64,000 bases of DNA from an uncultured Hormoscilla sp. (lineage in GTDB: Bacteria; Cyanobacteriota; Cyanobacteriia; Cyanobacteriales; Desertifilaceae): positions 512,001-576,000 of the forward strand of contig OZ001293.3 of NCBI GenBank assembly GCA_963921275.4, written 5' to 3'. Numbering within the stretch: the stretch's first letter is position 1; every line of letters starts with the position of its first letter. The notes under the pieces are model-generated. The model made no database searches and had not been told where the DNA came from. It was given only the letters and a program-made list of their open reading frames with translations. The position numbers were made by a program, and so were the translations under genes. This document shows, piece after piece, positions 1 through 10,280 of the stretch.

Positions 1-1297
1 CTGTCTTGTGCGAGTAAAAGAAAAACGGCGATCGCCCTTTAGTCAAGCTTGGGGCGATCGCCTTTCTTCATCAGCAAGCTGCTGGTTCTGGCGCTGCTGC
101 TGGTTCTGGTACCTCTTCCTTGGGCGGTTTTGGCTTCTTCTCAAACACTTGGATAGCTGCCTGGTCCCCCGCGTTACCAGGCGGGAGCCAGGTAACGAGG
201 CCATTAGGGATAGGTTCTCCCATTTGGTTCTTGTCTTCCGGTAGGCTACTGGCCCGAGCGCCCTTGACAACAGGGTAAACGCACGCTTCGCTAAATTAGT
301 ATCGAAGACTACAGACAAAAGTCTATACAATACTCCGGACAGTTTTTAGACCCTCAACACAAGGGTTGCAGCCCTTCGCGCCTTATTTTTTTCAATGTCT
401 GCCCCAGGGCTAACTTGCCTAAAATTCACTATCGTGAAAGGCTGACGCTGCGATGCGCGACAAGGGGTACGGCGAGTAGCGCGACCGCCCGACTTGTGCA
501 TCGCAAGGCTTGCAGCTACGTACAGCCAAAACGGTCCCATATTGAAATAGGGTAATCAGGAGCGATCTCCCCACCGTCTAGTCCTGAATCTCAATGATAT
601 TGTAAAATTTAATATATGAACTTCATCACTCAGACATAAATTTAAAATTGTCTCATTGAATTAATTATGCTCACAACTAGGTTGCTGATACCATTTTGAA
701 ACAAGGAAGCTACAGATGTCGAGCCCGTTCGTCAGTTCGACAATCTCAAATGAGATGACACAGCCGCCCCAAGCCCTACTGGCGGCAAACAACTACCTCA
801 GAAGATTTACGTAATTTAGGTTACGTGCAATTATCTATCTAAAAATCTCGGATTTTGCGGTTTCGATTATTTTGCGAGCGGTTGTATTATTCAATCTAGA
901 TGATCGAACCCCAAACCAAGAGCAATATGAGATGAGATATAATTCATACCTTTGGTCAGATCAGGCGATCGCCGAGCAGTTTTCTCATATCTACAATGTA
1001 GTGAGGGAATTTGACTTAAAAAGGCTAGATATGAAAAAAAAGCGCTGTTACCAGCGATGAGGAAATCTGCCAGAATAACCCTATACTTTATTGGAGAGAA
1101 ATTGTTGAGCAACTATGAGTCATCCGGCGATGTCTTCGGAGTAGTGCGAATACGATGTCCCCGGGGTAGTGCGTAAGAGCGCTGGGGACATTGAGCTCTC
1201 CGAAGACATCGAAGCGGTGGAGGGTATCACCAATATACGCAACCCGATGGACTTGTGGTAATTGTAAATTAACTTGCCGCAACAGGAATCAAGATCT

Positions 1298-1438
1298 ATG
1301 AAAGAAAAGGACAATGAAATGGCTAAAACTTGCAGCGCACCATTAAAACCCAACCCCTTCACAACCTATCGAGACCCGAAAACAGGTCGATGGGTTGTCG
1401 TAAACAGTGATACAAAAAATAAAAAGGCTAGCACGTAA
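1298..1438 (+). CDS. small hypothetical protein (46 aa)
   Basis: Hand-translated MKEKDNEMAKTCSAPLKPNPFTTYRDPKTGRWVVVNSDTKNKKAST; below the ORF-track cutoff; the NPFxTYRDPxTGRW motif resembles small cyanobacterial proteins I recall. Confidence 0.55.
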   Translation: MKEKDNEMAKTCSAPLKPNPFTTYRDPKTGRWVVVNSDTKNKKAST

Positions 1439-1668
1439 CTTAACGGTCACGCACAAGCTATGAAGTATGAAATATGAAAATCAAGTACCGTCTCCTTTAT
1501 CAGGTTAAAAGTCAAAAGCAAAACTATATTTAAATTTTTTAACCTTTGACTTTTAACTTTTGAGTTGATAAGTCGGGCGATCGGTCACCGGGTTGTTGTC
1601 AGGCCGGACATCGTCTTAACCCCAGGATCGACCCGGTTTCTACCGAATACTTGACCGATACTTTAGTT

Positions 1669-1893
1669 CTACAGGTTGTTGCTGGCATAAGCATCCATCC
1701 TGTAGGCAGGGGTGCGTTGGTTGTAGTCAGTCGGAGTACCTGTGACAGACTTAGCCAGCTGTTCAAACTTTTGAGAGTTCCAGTTCCGTTCGTGGATGGG
1801 CTTGGACTGTTCGCCCCGGAAGTAGGCTTGAGTACCGATAATGGAGCCTGCGAGCCAACCGACAATCAATAGAGCAATTACGATGGTCATCAT
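1669..1893 (-). CDS. Psb35-related small membrane protein, copy 1
   Basis: N-terminal TM helix followed by GTQAYFRGEQSKPIHERNW; paralog at 2054-2284; AGGAG RBS upstream. Confidence 0.65.
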   Translation of the reverse strand: MMTIVIALLIVGWLAGSIIGTQAYFRGEQSKPIHERNWNSQKFEQLAKSVTGTPTDYNQRTPAYRMDAYASNNL

Positions 1894-2053
1894 TGTTTTT
1901 CTCCTGGTTCGGGATTCTGTAAACACATGTAACAACAAGTCAAGTTATGTAAGGGTGACTGAACGGGTAACTGTTTGTGATGTTTGTCACCCTTGCATAC
2001 AGAGATTCAGCGACGTTCTACGTGACTGATGGGAGTAGTAAAAGTGGATGGGT

Positions 2054-2284
2054 CTAGTTCGACAGGTTGTTGCTGGCATAAGCATCCATCCCGTAGGCAG
2101 GGGTACGTTGGTTGTAGTCGGTCTCCATACCCGTGACAGACTTAGCTAGCTGTTCAAACTCGGAGGAGTTCCAGTTCCGTTCGTGGATGGGCTTGGACTG
2201 TTCGCCCCGGAAGTAGGCTTGAGTACCGATAATGGATGCTGCGAGCCAACCGAATATCGATAGAGCAATTACGATGGTCATCAT
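2054..2284 (-). CDS. Psb35-related small membrane protein, copy 2
   Basis: Near-identical to 1669-1893; lies directly downstream of psb34 copy 1. Confidence 0.65.
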   Translation of the reverse strand: MMTIVIALSIFGWLAASIIGTQAYFRGEQSKPIHERNWNSSEFEQLAKSVTGMETDYNQRTPAYGMDAYASNNLSN

Positions 2285-2332
2285 AGTTTTTCTCCTTCAA
2301 ATTATGTCATCTTGATGTGCGTTGCTAATGGG

Positions 2333-2503
2333 TTAGCTGATAACCAATGCCGTCAACAGCAAAGAACCGACGAAGGTCATCGCTAGCAAGCCTTGCAGAA
2401 GGTAACGGCGTTGTTGCAGTCCGTCGGGATAGGAGCCATAGTACATTTTCGGCCCGATGGGATAGTTGTTGAGAATGCCGTTTTCGTTGGTTGTGGTGTA
2501 CAT
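2333..2503 (-). CDS. psb34: Ssl1498/Psb34-family light-harvesting-like protein, copy 1 (56 aa)
   Basis: Hand-translated MYTTTNENGILNNYPIGPKMYYGSYPDGLQQRRYLLQGLLAMTFVGSLLLTALVIS; G-LNNY...Y..YP...QQRRY..QG plus C-terminal TM helix; AAGGAG RBS; missed by the ORF track. Confidence 0.85.
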   Translation of the reverse strand: MYTTTNENGILNNYPIGPKMYYGSYPDGLQQRRYLLQGLLAMTFVGSLLLTALVIS

Positions 2504-2526
2504 TGTTGCTTCTCCTTCTTCAAGCT

Positions 2527-2544
2527 TCTGTAAACAAATGTAAC
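2527..2544 (-). promoter_or_regulatory. HLR1 (RpaB-binding) direct repeat; equivalents at 1916-1933, 2818-2835, 3109-3126 and 3427-3444
   Basis: Minus strand GTTACATT-N2-TTTACAGA closely matches the (G/T)TTACA(T/A)(T/A)-N2 repeat; a similar box lies ~25 nt upstream of five of the six small genes. Confidence 0.7.
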
Positions 2545-2623
2545 AACTTTTAAAGTTAAGTCAGGGTGACTTGACACTGAAATGCTTGTGATGTTAATCA
2601 CCCTTGCATACATAGAGGTGGAG

Positions 2624-2794
2624 TTAGCTGCACAGGAATGTAGTCAACAGCAATGAGCCGACGAAGGTCGTCGCTAGCAAGCCTTGCAGAAGGTAACGGC
2701 GTTGTTGCAGCCCGTCGGGATAGGAGCCATAGTACATTTTCGGCCCGATGGGATAGTTGTTGAGAATGCCGTTTTCGTTGGTTGTGGTGTACAT
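2624..2794 (-). CDS. psb34: Ssl1498/Psb34-family protein, copy 2
   Basis: 171-nt ORF near-identical to copy 1. Confidence 0.85.
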   Translation of the reverse strand: MYTTTNENGILNNYPIGPKMYYGSYPDGLQQRRYLLQGLLATTFVGSLLLTTFLCS

Positions 2795-2914
2795 TGTTGC
2801 TTCTCCTTCTTCAAGCTTCTGTAAACAAATGTAACAACTTTTAAAGTTCTGTTAGGGTGACTTGACACTGAAATGCTTGTGATGTTAATCACCCTTGCAT
2901 ACATAGAGGTGGAG

Positions 2915-3085
2915 TTAGCTGATAGCCAATGCTGTCAACAGCAAGGAACCGACGAAGGTCGTCGCTAGCAAGCCTTGCAGAAGGTAACGACGTTGTTGCA
3001 GCCCGTCGGGATAGGAGCCATAGTACATTTTCGGAGCGATGGGATAGTTGTTGAGGATGCCGCTTTCGTTGGTTGTGGTGTACAT
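2915..3085 (-). CDS. psb34: Ssl1498/Psb34-family protein, copy 3
   Basis: 171-nt ORF beginning MYTTTNESGILNNYPIAPKMYY. Confidence 0.85.
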   Translation of the reverse strand: MYTTTNESGILNNYPIAPKMYYGSYPDGLQQRRYLLQGLLATTFVGSLLLTALAIS

Positions 3086-3232
3086 GTTTGTTTCTCCTTG
3101 TCTGTCCTACTGTAAAGTAATGTAACAACTTGTAAAGTTATCTAACAGTGATCTGAAACCTATACAGTAGTGATCGATCTTAATCACATTTGCATACAGG
3201 GAAGCAGTGGCAGGTGGCGCGACCTCGTGGGG

Positions 3233-3403
3233 TTAGCTACAGGCCAATGCCGTCAACAGCAAGGAACCGACGAAGGTCGTCGCTAGCAAGCCTTGCAGAA
3301 GGTAACGGTGTTGTTGCAGTCCGTCGGGATAGGAGGCATAGTACATTTTGGGCGCGACGGGATAGTTGTTGAGAATGCCGTTTTCGTTGGTTGTGGTGTA
3401 CAT
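3233..3403 (-). CDS. psb34: Ssl1498/Psb34-family protein, copy 4
   Basis: 171-nt ORF beginning MYTTTNENGILNNYPVAPKMYYASYP. Confidence 0.85.
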   Translation of the reverse strand: MYTTTNENGILNNYPVAPKMYYASYPDGLQQHRYLLQGLLATTFVGSLLLTALACS

Positions 3404-3493
3404 TGTTGCTTCTCCTTGTCTGTCCTTCTATAAAGTAATGTAACAACTTGTAAAGTTATGTAACAGTGACGTGACAGGGAAATTAGCGTGACA

Positions 3494-4195
3494 TTAATCA
3501 CACTTACGTACATAGAGGCAGTGACGGGTGGCATGACTGATAGGAGTAGTAAAGGTAACAGTAGACTCAATGCAGGCACCCAAAGCTTCAGCGGTGCTGG
3601 CCAAAGCCTCTGCTTCTGCCGGCGTCGAGTGACCCCGATAGAGGACGGCCAAACCGCCAACTTTGAGAAATGGCAGGGCATATTCTAGGCAAACGGTAGC
3701 CGTTGCTACAGCACGCAGGAGGGCAAAGTCGTATTTTTCTCGATAATGGGGTTGTTGACCAATTGTTTCGGCTCTGCCGATCGCAGTGGTGGCATTCTCG
3801 ATGGCCATCTGTGCTAAGAGGGTTTGCAGAAATGCAATCTTTTTGCCGGTGGAATCGAGGAGGGTGAGTGAGGAGTGAGGAAAGGCGATCGCCACTGGCA
3901 ACCCCGGAAACCCCGCACCCGTACCAATATCGATCATCTGTGGATGATTGGGGGTTCCGGCATCATCGGTTAACAGAGGGGCGATGGGCCGCAAAGAATC
4001 CCAGAGGTGCTTCTCCCAAAAGGAGATCGGGTCGGTAATGCGAGTTAAATTGAGTTTAGCATTACCGGTCAGAATCAGTTGATAAAGGGATTGAAACAGT
4101 TGTTGTTGTTGTGATTCTGTTGGTTGCCAATGGAGAGTTTGCAGCCAAACATCGGTCATCTGGGGCAGCACTTGCTGTGGATGGGGTTCTGTCAT
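3494..4195 (-). CDS. rsmG: 16S rRNA m7G527 methyltransferase RsmG/GidB
   Basis: LNLTRI..., KHLWDSL, DIGTGAGFPG, RAE motifs; start taken at MTEPHP. Confidence 0.93.
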   Translation of the reverse strand: MTEPHPQQVLPQMTDVWLQTLHWQPTESQQQQLFQSLYQLILTGNAKLNLTRITDPISFWEKHLWDSLRPIAPLLTDDAGTPNHPQMIDIGTGAGFPGLPVAIAFPHSSLTLLDSTGKKIAFLQTLLAQMAIENATTAIGRAETIGQQPHYREKYDFALLRAVATATVCLEYALPFLKVGGLAVLYRGHSTPAEAEALASTAEALGACIESTVTFTTPISHATRHCLYVRKCD

Positions 4196-4249
4196 GTTAT
4201 TAGTAAGGTTCGTAGTAAGCACGAAGCGTGCTTCCGGGGCGCGAAGCGC

Positions 4250-4918
4250 CTAGGGGGAACAAGCTTCCGGCGCGGCTGTGAGAGTTGCTGGTTCCACGGA
4301 GCGCAGTTCGCCGTGGTTAAGGCTCCAACAGCGGTCGGCGATGCTGACTAATTCACTCGGATCGTGAGTCACAATCAACATAGTCCAAGAATTTTTCAGC
4401 CTGGCCAAGAGGTTCACCAACTGCTGGCGGATAGAGTAGTCCAACCCAGCGGTAGGTTCATCCAACATGAGGGTATGAGGCTGACGAATTAGCTGCACGG
4501 CCAGAGCGATGCGTCGCTGCTGACCGCCACTGAGAGCGTGGGGGGGACGGTGCAGGGGTAGATCTTCGAGTCCTACTTCCGCTAGAGCTTGGCGAACTCG
4601 CTCGTACCCTAACTCGGGATGACCGAGGCGCAATTCTTCTAAAATGGTACTTCCACAGAAATGCCGCTCTGGAAACTGAAATACTAATCCTGCTAGCTGT
4701 TGCAATTCTTCGGGGGTGAGTTGCCGATCGCGCCATTTGATTTGACCAGCGGTTTGGGTGGCCAACCCTGCTAAAATTTCCATTAAGGTGGTTTTGCCAG
4801 AGCCACTCGGTCCGATAATTAGTCCCAACTGTTGGGGACTTAACTCCAGGTCGATCGACTTCAAGATCGCGGTGGGACTTGCAGCGGGGTGATAAACTAG
4901 ATTTCTCAGATAGAGCAT
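4250..4918 (-). CDS. ABC transporter ATP-binding protein (CbiO/EcfA-like)
   Basis: Walker A GPSGSGKTT, LSGGQ signature, LDEPT, VFQFPE. Confidence 0.88.
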   Translation of the reverse strand: MLYLRNLVYHPAASPTAILKSIDLELSPQQLGLIIGPSGSGKTTLMEILAGLATQTAGQIKWRDRQLTPEELQQLAGLVFQFPERHFCGSTILEELRLGHPELGYERVRQALAEVGLEDLPLHRPPHALSGGQQRRIALAVQLIRQPHTLMLDEPTAGLDYSIRQQLVNLLARLKNSWTMLIVTHDPSELVSIADRCWSLNHGELRSVEPATLTAAPEACSP

Positions 4919-5255
4919 AATGACAAATAGGATTTTTTGGACTTAAGTCAGGGACATTCGCCCCTACATATAGTTGCTTGCGTCGTCGTCCAGCCGGAGA
5001 TTACTAGCGCTCCTAACGTCGCGCCGCTGCGCTAACGGGGGGGTCAACTCATATACAGCACAAGTTTAATCCCTCCGACCCCCCCGCAATGACAAATAGG
5101 ATTTTGCCGGAGATTGCTAGCTGCTGCCCGACCCCCCCTCGCAATGACAAAGGCGTCATCAATGCTCCCGATCGGGGGATAGATGTCTTCCCATACGATC
5201 ATGATTACACTAGGATTGATAAAGCCAGTGAAAGAGAACTCCGATCGAGCCCCAA

Positions 5256-6272
5256 ATGAGAGAATGGTTTGTTGCCCCCCGGCGGTTGTTTGGTGCCGCT
5301 GCTGCCACTCTGGTCCTGACTTTTAACCTCTGGGTGAGCCCCAGTCAAGCGGGAGACCCCTTTCGCCCTAACAGTCCCTATGATATGGGAGAGGAGACAG
5401 AAGCTGCTTTCAGATCGTTGTTTGAGTTGGGGAACTATTCCCAAGCTGCCGAGTTCCTGCGCCAGGCCGAAACTCAGGAGTCCCAGGAGCCCCTGACCTA
5501 TGCGATGATTGCATCTATGGCCTATGTCAAACAAGATTGGCAATCCCTCGGTCCCTATGCTACCAAAACTCGCGAGATGGCTGAAAATATCCTTGCTACT
5601 CAACCTTTGCGGGGCAATCTCTATATTGCTGTTGGTCATTTATTAGAAGGGGCTTATAATCTGGAACAGCAAGGTCTCGTCCTAGGTCTCCCCCAAGCCC
5701 TGCGTAAACTGCAATTAGTGTATAATTTTCTGGATAAGGCGTCCGCTATTGATTCGTCCGATCCAGAACTAAACTTAATTAAGGGATATATGGATTTAAT
5801 GCTGGCTATGGCTTTGCCCTTTGCTAACCCTGCTGACGCGATCTCTCGTTTGGACAAGTATGCTGCTCCCTCTGCTTTCGCTGACTGGGGGATAGCGATC
5901 GCCTACCGAGATTTGGATGATTACGAGAAGGCGAACGAGTATGCTGACATCGCCTTGGCGTCTGTCCCGAAACATCCTGAGTTACATTATCTGAAAGCCC
6001 AAATCTTAGTGAAGCTGGGCCAGCGGGAATTAGCCCAGGAATATTTCCAGACTGCTTTAGCCCGATCTCCGCAACTCCCCAAGGTGATTGTGGCCCAAAT
6101 GTTTTATGAATACTGCAAAAATAAAAGGAGGATTGATGGGATAAATCGCGATTGCGACGACCTGCGAGACCCGATTAAGGAGGATAATGATACCTGGTGG
6201 GGTCCAGAAAATTTACCTCAACTTTTCTGTTCTCATAAAATCGAGAATTGTTCAGATAACAATCAAAATTAA
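5256..6272 (+). CDS. TPR-repeat protein (Sll0314/Alr1548-like)
   Basis: Signal peptide followed by GDPFR; LRGNLY, DPELNLIKGYMDL, PELHYLKAQIL. Confidence 0.8.
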   Translation: MREWFVAPRRLFGAAAATLVLTFNLWVSPSQAGDPFRPNSPYDMGEETEAAFRSLFELGNYSQAAEFLRQAETQESQEPLTYAMIASMAYVKQDWQSLGPYATKTREMAENILATQPLRGNLYIAVGHLLEGAYNLEQQGLVLGLPQALRKLQLVYNFLDKASAIDSSDPELNLIKGYMDLMLAMALPFANPADAISRLDKYAAPSAFADWGIAIAYRDLDDYEKANEYADIALASVPKHPELHYLKAQILVKLGQRELAQEYFQTALARSPQLPKVIVAQMFYEYCKNKRRIDGINRDCDDLRDPIKEDNDTWWGPENLPQLFCSHKIENCSDNNQN

Positions 6273-6326
6273 CAATCTATATCATCCCGATCACAATTCT
6301 CCATTCACAATTAACAATTGGCAATT

Positions 6327-6788
6327 ATGCAAGTACAGTTTCGCGAGATCGATACTTTTGATTTATGGATATGGGTAGAGTTCAGTACGGTGCCCAGCGA
6401 GATGGAAAGGATGTACGTTGAAGAAGTATTTAACTCCTGGTTTTACTTGGGAAAATTGGGAGGGTTTAATGCGGAAAATCTTCAGGTGCAGGAGGAAGGA
6501 CTAGACCTGAGTTACATGGATTATGATGCTGAGGCGGGTGATGATACGATGATGGCCCTGATGCATAATATGGGAGATTTTGAGTATGAGGGTGTTTGGG
6601 GTCGTTGTTGGTTCGATCTGGGCACTAGTGATGCGATCGCCCTTGACGTTCTAATGAATGCGCTGTTACAATTTAGCAAGGATTATGTGCATATCGAAAC
6701 CCTGATCGTCGGCGGCGAAAATGGAGATTGGCCCATTCCTAAAGAACGTCATCAGCAGGATTTGGTTGAGGATGGTTATTATGTCTAA
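6327..6788 (+). CDS. DUF3531 family protein
   Basis: SWFYLGKLGGFNAENLQ and W.RCWFDLGTSD motifs. Confidence 0.85.
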   Translation: MQVQFREIDTFDLWIWVEFSTVPSEMERMYVEEVFNSWFYLGKLGGFNAENLQVQEEGLDLSYMDYDAEAGDDTMMALMHNMGDFEYEGVWGRCWFDLGTSDAIALDVLMNALLQFSKDYVHIETLIVGGENGDWPIPKERHQQDLVEDGYYV

Positions 6789-7209
6789 ATCTGAGAAAAT
6801 TAGGGTGCTAGCTTTGGGGTTGATTAGAGATGGCGATCGCATTTTTATCGGCGAAAGCTACGATCCTGATCGGAAAAAACCCTTCTATAGGGCCATGGGA
6901 GGGGGGGTGAAGTTTGGTGAAACCAGCCTGGAGGCTTTGAAACGGGAATTTCAAGAAGAAATTCAGGCAGAATTAACTAACATTCGTTATCAGGGCTGTC
7001 TAGAAAGCATCTTTTTCTTCAAGGGAAAGCCCGGTCACGAAATTATCCAACTCTATGAATGCGATTTTGTTGACCCCAAGTTTTACCAATTGCAACAGAT
7101 CCCATTTACAGAAAAAAAGAAGCAAAAACTGGGGCTATGGGTGGAGATAGATAAGTTAAAGTCGGGTGAGTTGTATGTAGTACCGTCCCAGTTTTTAGAT
7201 TACTTATAA
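6781..7209 (+). CDS. NUDIX hydrolase
   Basis: GGGVKFGETSLEALKREFQEE Nudix box. Confidence 0.88.
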   Translation: MSKSEKIRVLALGLIRDGDRIFIGESYDPDRKKPFYRAMGGGVKFGETSLEALKREFQEEIQAELTNIRYQGCLESIFFFKGKPGHEIIQLYECDFVDPKFYQLQQIPFTEKKKQKLGLWVEIDKLKSGELYVVPSQFLDYL

Positions 7210-7661
7210 ATGTTACTTCACAGGAGGCCCGCCGGGGGTTGCAAACCCCCGGCTAACAGCTAAAGTCGGTTGAAAACCGACTAAAAAAATTGTCGGTTTC
7301 AGCGTAGGTTGGGTTGAGGAACGAAACAAAACATTCGCGATCGCATTCCATGCATCACATGGTGTAGGGGCACGGCATCGATAATATTTGGATATGAACC
7401 GAAATATATCTATTGCCGTGCCCAGGATGGATATTGCCGATCGCATGATGTGGTCGGGAACAGAAGGAAGCGATCGCATCCCATCCGGTCGGGGCACGGC
7501 GTATATAACATCACGATCGGAACCGATAATCTGCTGATGCCGTGCTCCTACAGTTGTCGTGCCCCGAATGGAAATTGACGATCGCATGTTATTTTACATC
7601 TTAATGCCAAAGGGCGATCGCGATCGGGCAATCCACGCACCCTACCGGATCTAATATAATA

Positions 7662-8673
7662 ACCTAAGTTGCGACCTATTAAAAAAAATATGAATTACCC
7701 ACTTAGACTTTACAGATATTTGGGATATTTCGTAGCTTTTGATACAAAATTATATTTTTTTTGTGCTAGACGGCGGGTTGGCTGTTTATAGGTTATAATG
7801 TACTAAAATAATAGTTAATTGCTGGGGGATGTAGATGATGGAAGATATGATTACAACAATTTTTGTTCTTTGTGACGAGCTACTAAAAGCGTTAAATATA
7901 AAAGAAGATCCACAAGTAAAAATGAACAATGCCGAAGTGATGACAGTCGGATTAGTTGCTGCATATTTTTTCGGAGGACACCACGATCGCTCTTGTCAAT
8001 TTATGGTCGAACACAAGTATATAAAAAATTTGTTAAGTAAAAGTAGGTTCAATCGTCGATTACACAATATTGAGGAACCAATTTGGATGTTTTTCTTCCA
8101 AGTTATAGCTCAAACATTTAAAGAACTCAATCCGGGTCAAGAATATATTCTTGATAGTTTCCCGGTGCCAGTATGTGATAATATTAGGATTGATAGATGC
8201 CAAATTTATAACAAGGAAGAATATCGAGGGTATATTGTTAGTAAAAAACGTTATTTTTATGGATTAAGAGTTCATATGTTGGTAAACAAAAATGGAAAGC
8301 CAATAGAATTTTATCTAGATCCTGGTAGTTATAATGATGTTAAAGTTTTGCAATCTTTTGGCTTTGACTTACCATCAAATTCAATAGTTTATGGAGATAA
8401 AGCTTATAATGATTATCAATTAGAGGATTTACTAAAAGAGTCGTCAAGTATAATGTTAAAACCTTTGCGAAAAAAGAACTCAAAAAGAAAAGAATATTCT
8501 TGTTTTGAATATATACAAAAAGTAACAAAAAAACAAGTTGAAACCTGTTTTAGTCGAATCACCAATTTGTTTCCCAAGTCAATTCATGCTGTTACATCTA
8601 AGGGATTAGAGTTGAAAATAATTCTCTTTATCATAGCTTTTTGTATCCAATTTTTATAGGTCGCAACTTGAGT
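7662..8673 (+). mobile_element. IS982-family insertion sequence, apparently intact
   Basis: TIRs ACCTAAGTTGCGACCTA / TAGGTCGCAACTTGAGT; 7-bp TSD TATAATA at 7655-7661 and 8674-8680; low-GC interior. Confidence 0.9.
7835..8659 (+). CDS. IS982 transposase
   Basis: SRFNRR, DSFPVPVC, YFYGLRVH, GDKAY, VETCFS DDE motifs. Confidence 0.9.
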   Translation: MMEDMITTIFVLCDELLKALNIKEDPQVKMNNAEVMTVGLVAAYFFGGHHDRSCQFMVEHKYIKNLLSKSRFNRRLHNIEEPIWMFFFQVIAQTFKELNPGQEYILDSFPVPVCDNIRIDRCQIYNKEEYRGYIVSKKRYFYGLRVHMLVNKNGKPIEFYLDPGSYNDVKVLQSFGFDLPSNSIVYGDKAYNDYQLEDLLKESSSIMLKPLRKKNSKRKEYSCFEYIQKVTKKQVETCFSRITNLFPKSIHAVTSKGLELKIILFIIAFCIQFL

Positions 8674-8733
8674 TATAATAGCTTCGGGATCTATCCACTC
8701 TGACCAGAGCCTACTCTCTACTCGGTGCCGACC

Positions 8734-9681
8734 ATGTCTCAAAATAACCGCAACTCTCATCCTATCTTTCTGATCGGGGCGATCGCAGGCATAATAGGTG
8801 CGATCGCAGGAGTAATCGGTACATGCATTGCTGTACTGACTTACCTGGACATCAAACCTGACGAGCTTATTCCTTCTGCTGTCATCCCCACCCCACCGGT
8901 TGACTGGGAAAAGGCGACTCTTGCCAAAACCCTCACCGGGCATTCAAACACTGTCAGGTCGGTCGCGATCAGCCCTGATGGCAAGACTTTAGCCAGTGCC
9001 AGTAATGACAATACTATCAAAATCTGGAGTTTGGAGACATTTCGAGAAATCGCTACCCTCACCGGGCATTCAAGCATTGTCTGGTCTGTGGCCTTCAGCC
9101 CCGATGGCAAGACTTTAGCCAGTGCCAGTTTAGACGATACTATCAAAATCTGGAGTTTAGAGACATTAGGAGAAATCGCTACCCTCACCGGGCATTCTTC
9201 CTCAGTCAGTTCCGTCGCGTTCAGCCCAGATGGCAAGACTTTAGCCAGTGGCAGTTTAACGACTATTAAACTCTGGAGTTTGGAGACATTCGGAGAAATC
9301 GCTACCCTCGCCGGGCCTTCTAACTGGATCCTGTCCGTCGCCTTCAACTCAGATGGCGATGGCAACACTTTAGCCAGTGGTAGTTATGACAAGACTATCA
9401 AAATCTGGAGTTTGGAGACATACCGAGAAATCGTTACCCTCACCGGGCATTCAGACATTGTCTGGTCTGTCGTGTTCAGCCCCGATGGCAAGACTTTAAC
9501 CAGTGCCAGTAATGACAATACTATCAAAATCTGGAGTTTGGAGACATACCGAGAAATCGCTACCCTCACCGGGCATTCAAACTATGTTTAGTCCGTTGCC
9601 TTCAGCTCAGATGGCAAGACTTTAGCCAGTGGCAGTGATGACAAGACTATCAAGATTTGGCGGGCAGGAGCAAGCAAGTAA
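8734..9681 (+). pseudogene. membrane-anchored WD40-repeat protein with premature TAG at 9589
   Basis: About seven GHS...VAFSPDGKTLAS...TIKIW repeats; the repeat continues in frame past the TAG to TAA at 9681. Confidence 0.8.
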
Positions 9682-9808
9682 AAGGAAAAATAGTATTCTC
9701 CTGTTGTGAGATTTTCTGCAACATTACTGAACATATCGTCAACATTACTCTGCTATCTAGAGCGCCAGGGAAACCCAACCAGCTTGGTGAAGTATGCAGG
9801 TGCCTCTA

Positions 9809-10206
9809 CAATACTTCTCGGTTAAGCGTCTTATTTGTCATTGCGAGGGGGGGGTACGTAGCGATTAACTTATGCTCAACTGAGTTAACCCCCCCTGAAG
9901 CAATCTCACCGACGACGCCGAAGCACTCTTCATCTCATACAGGACCTAACTTTTCCCGTTATCTTTTTGCAGGAAAAATTTGACGCTCTGAAAACCTTGT
10001 AAGCTCGTGAGTATTTCGCAATAGTTTAAATTTATTGCGAAATTTTTAAATCTTCAAACCCTTGCTATCAGGTGATTGTAGAACTTAGCAGGAAAAGTCA
10101 GATACAGGACGGGGGGATTGCTTCGGGGGGGATTGCTTCGAGGATCGACAAATAGTTTGTTTGAAAGCCCCCCTCGCAATGACAGATTATTAACCGAGAA
10201 GTATTG
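9809..10206. mobile_element. MITE containing a REP-like element and a second nested MITE (9946-10101)
   Basis: Outer TIR CAATACTTCTCGGTTAA with 10-bp TSD GGTGCCTCTA; inner TIR CTRACTTTTCC with 9-bp TSD ATACAGGAC. Confidence 0.85.
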
Positions 10207-10280
10207 GGTGCCTCTATCATACTGGATCGGGCAGGAGTATGTTATCCTAGGAAGAGAAGATTCAGATGGAGGGATAGTTT

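Noticed and set aside
43..1100. Short ORFs at the start of the window
   Set aside because: No recognisable motifs, so I cannot support a call from the sequence alone.
2330..3480. Possible CRISPR or ncRNA array; ORF-track calls such as 2383-2613 and 2674-2904
   Set aside because: The repeat units are ~300-bp whole-gene duplications without unique spacers. The real frame is the 56-aa psb34 ORF, and the track ORFs are overlapping off-frame shadows.
8930..9660. 126-bp periodic DNA repeats as CRISPR or DGR template/variable repeats
   Set aside because: They are in-frame WD40 coding repeats with no nearby RT and no evident adenine-specific variation.
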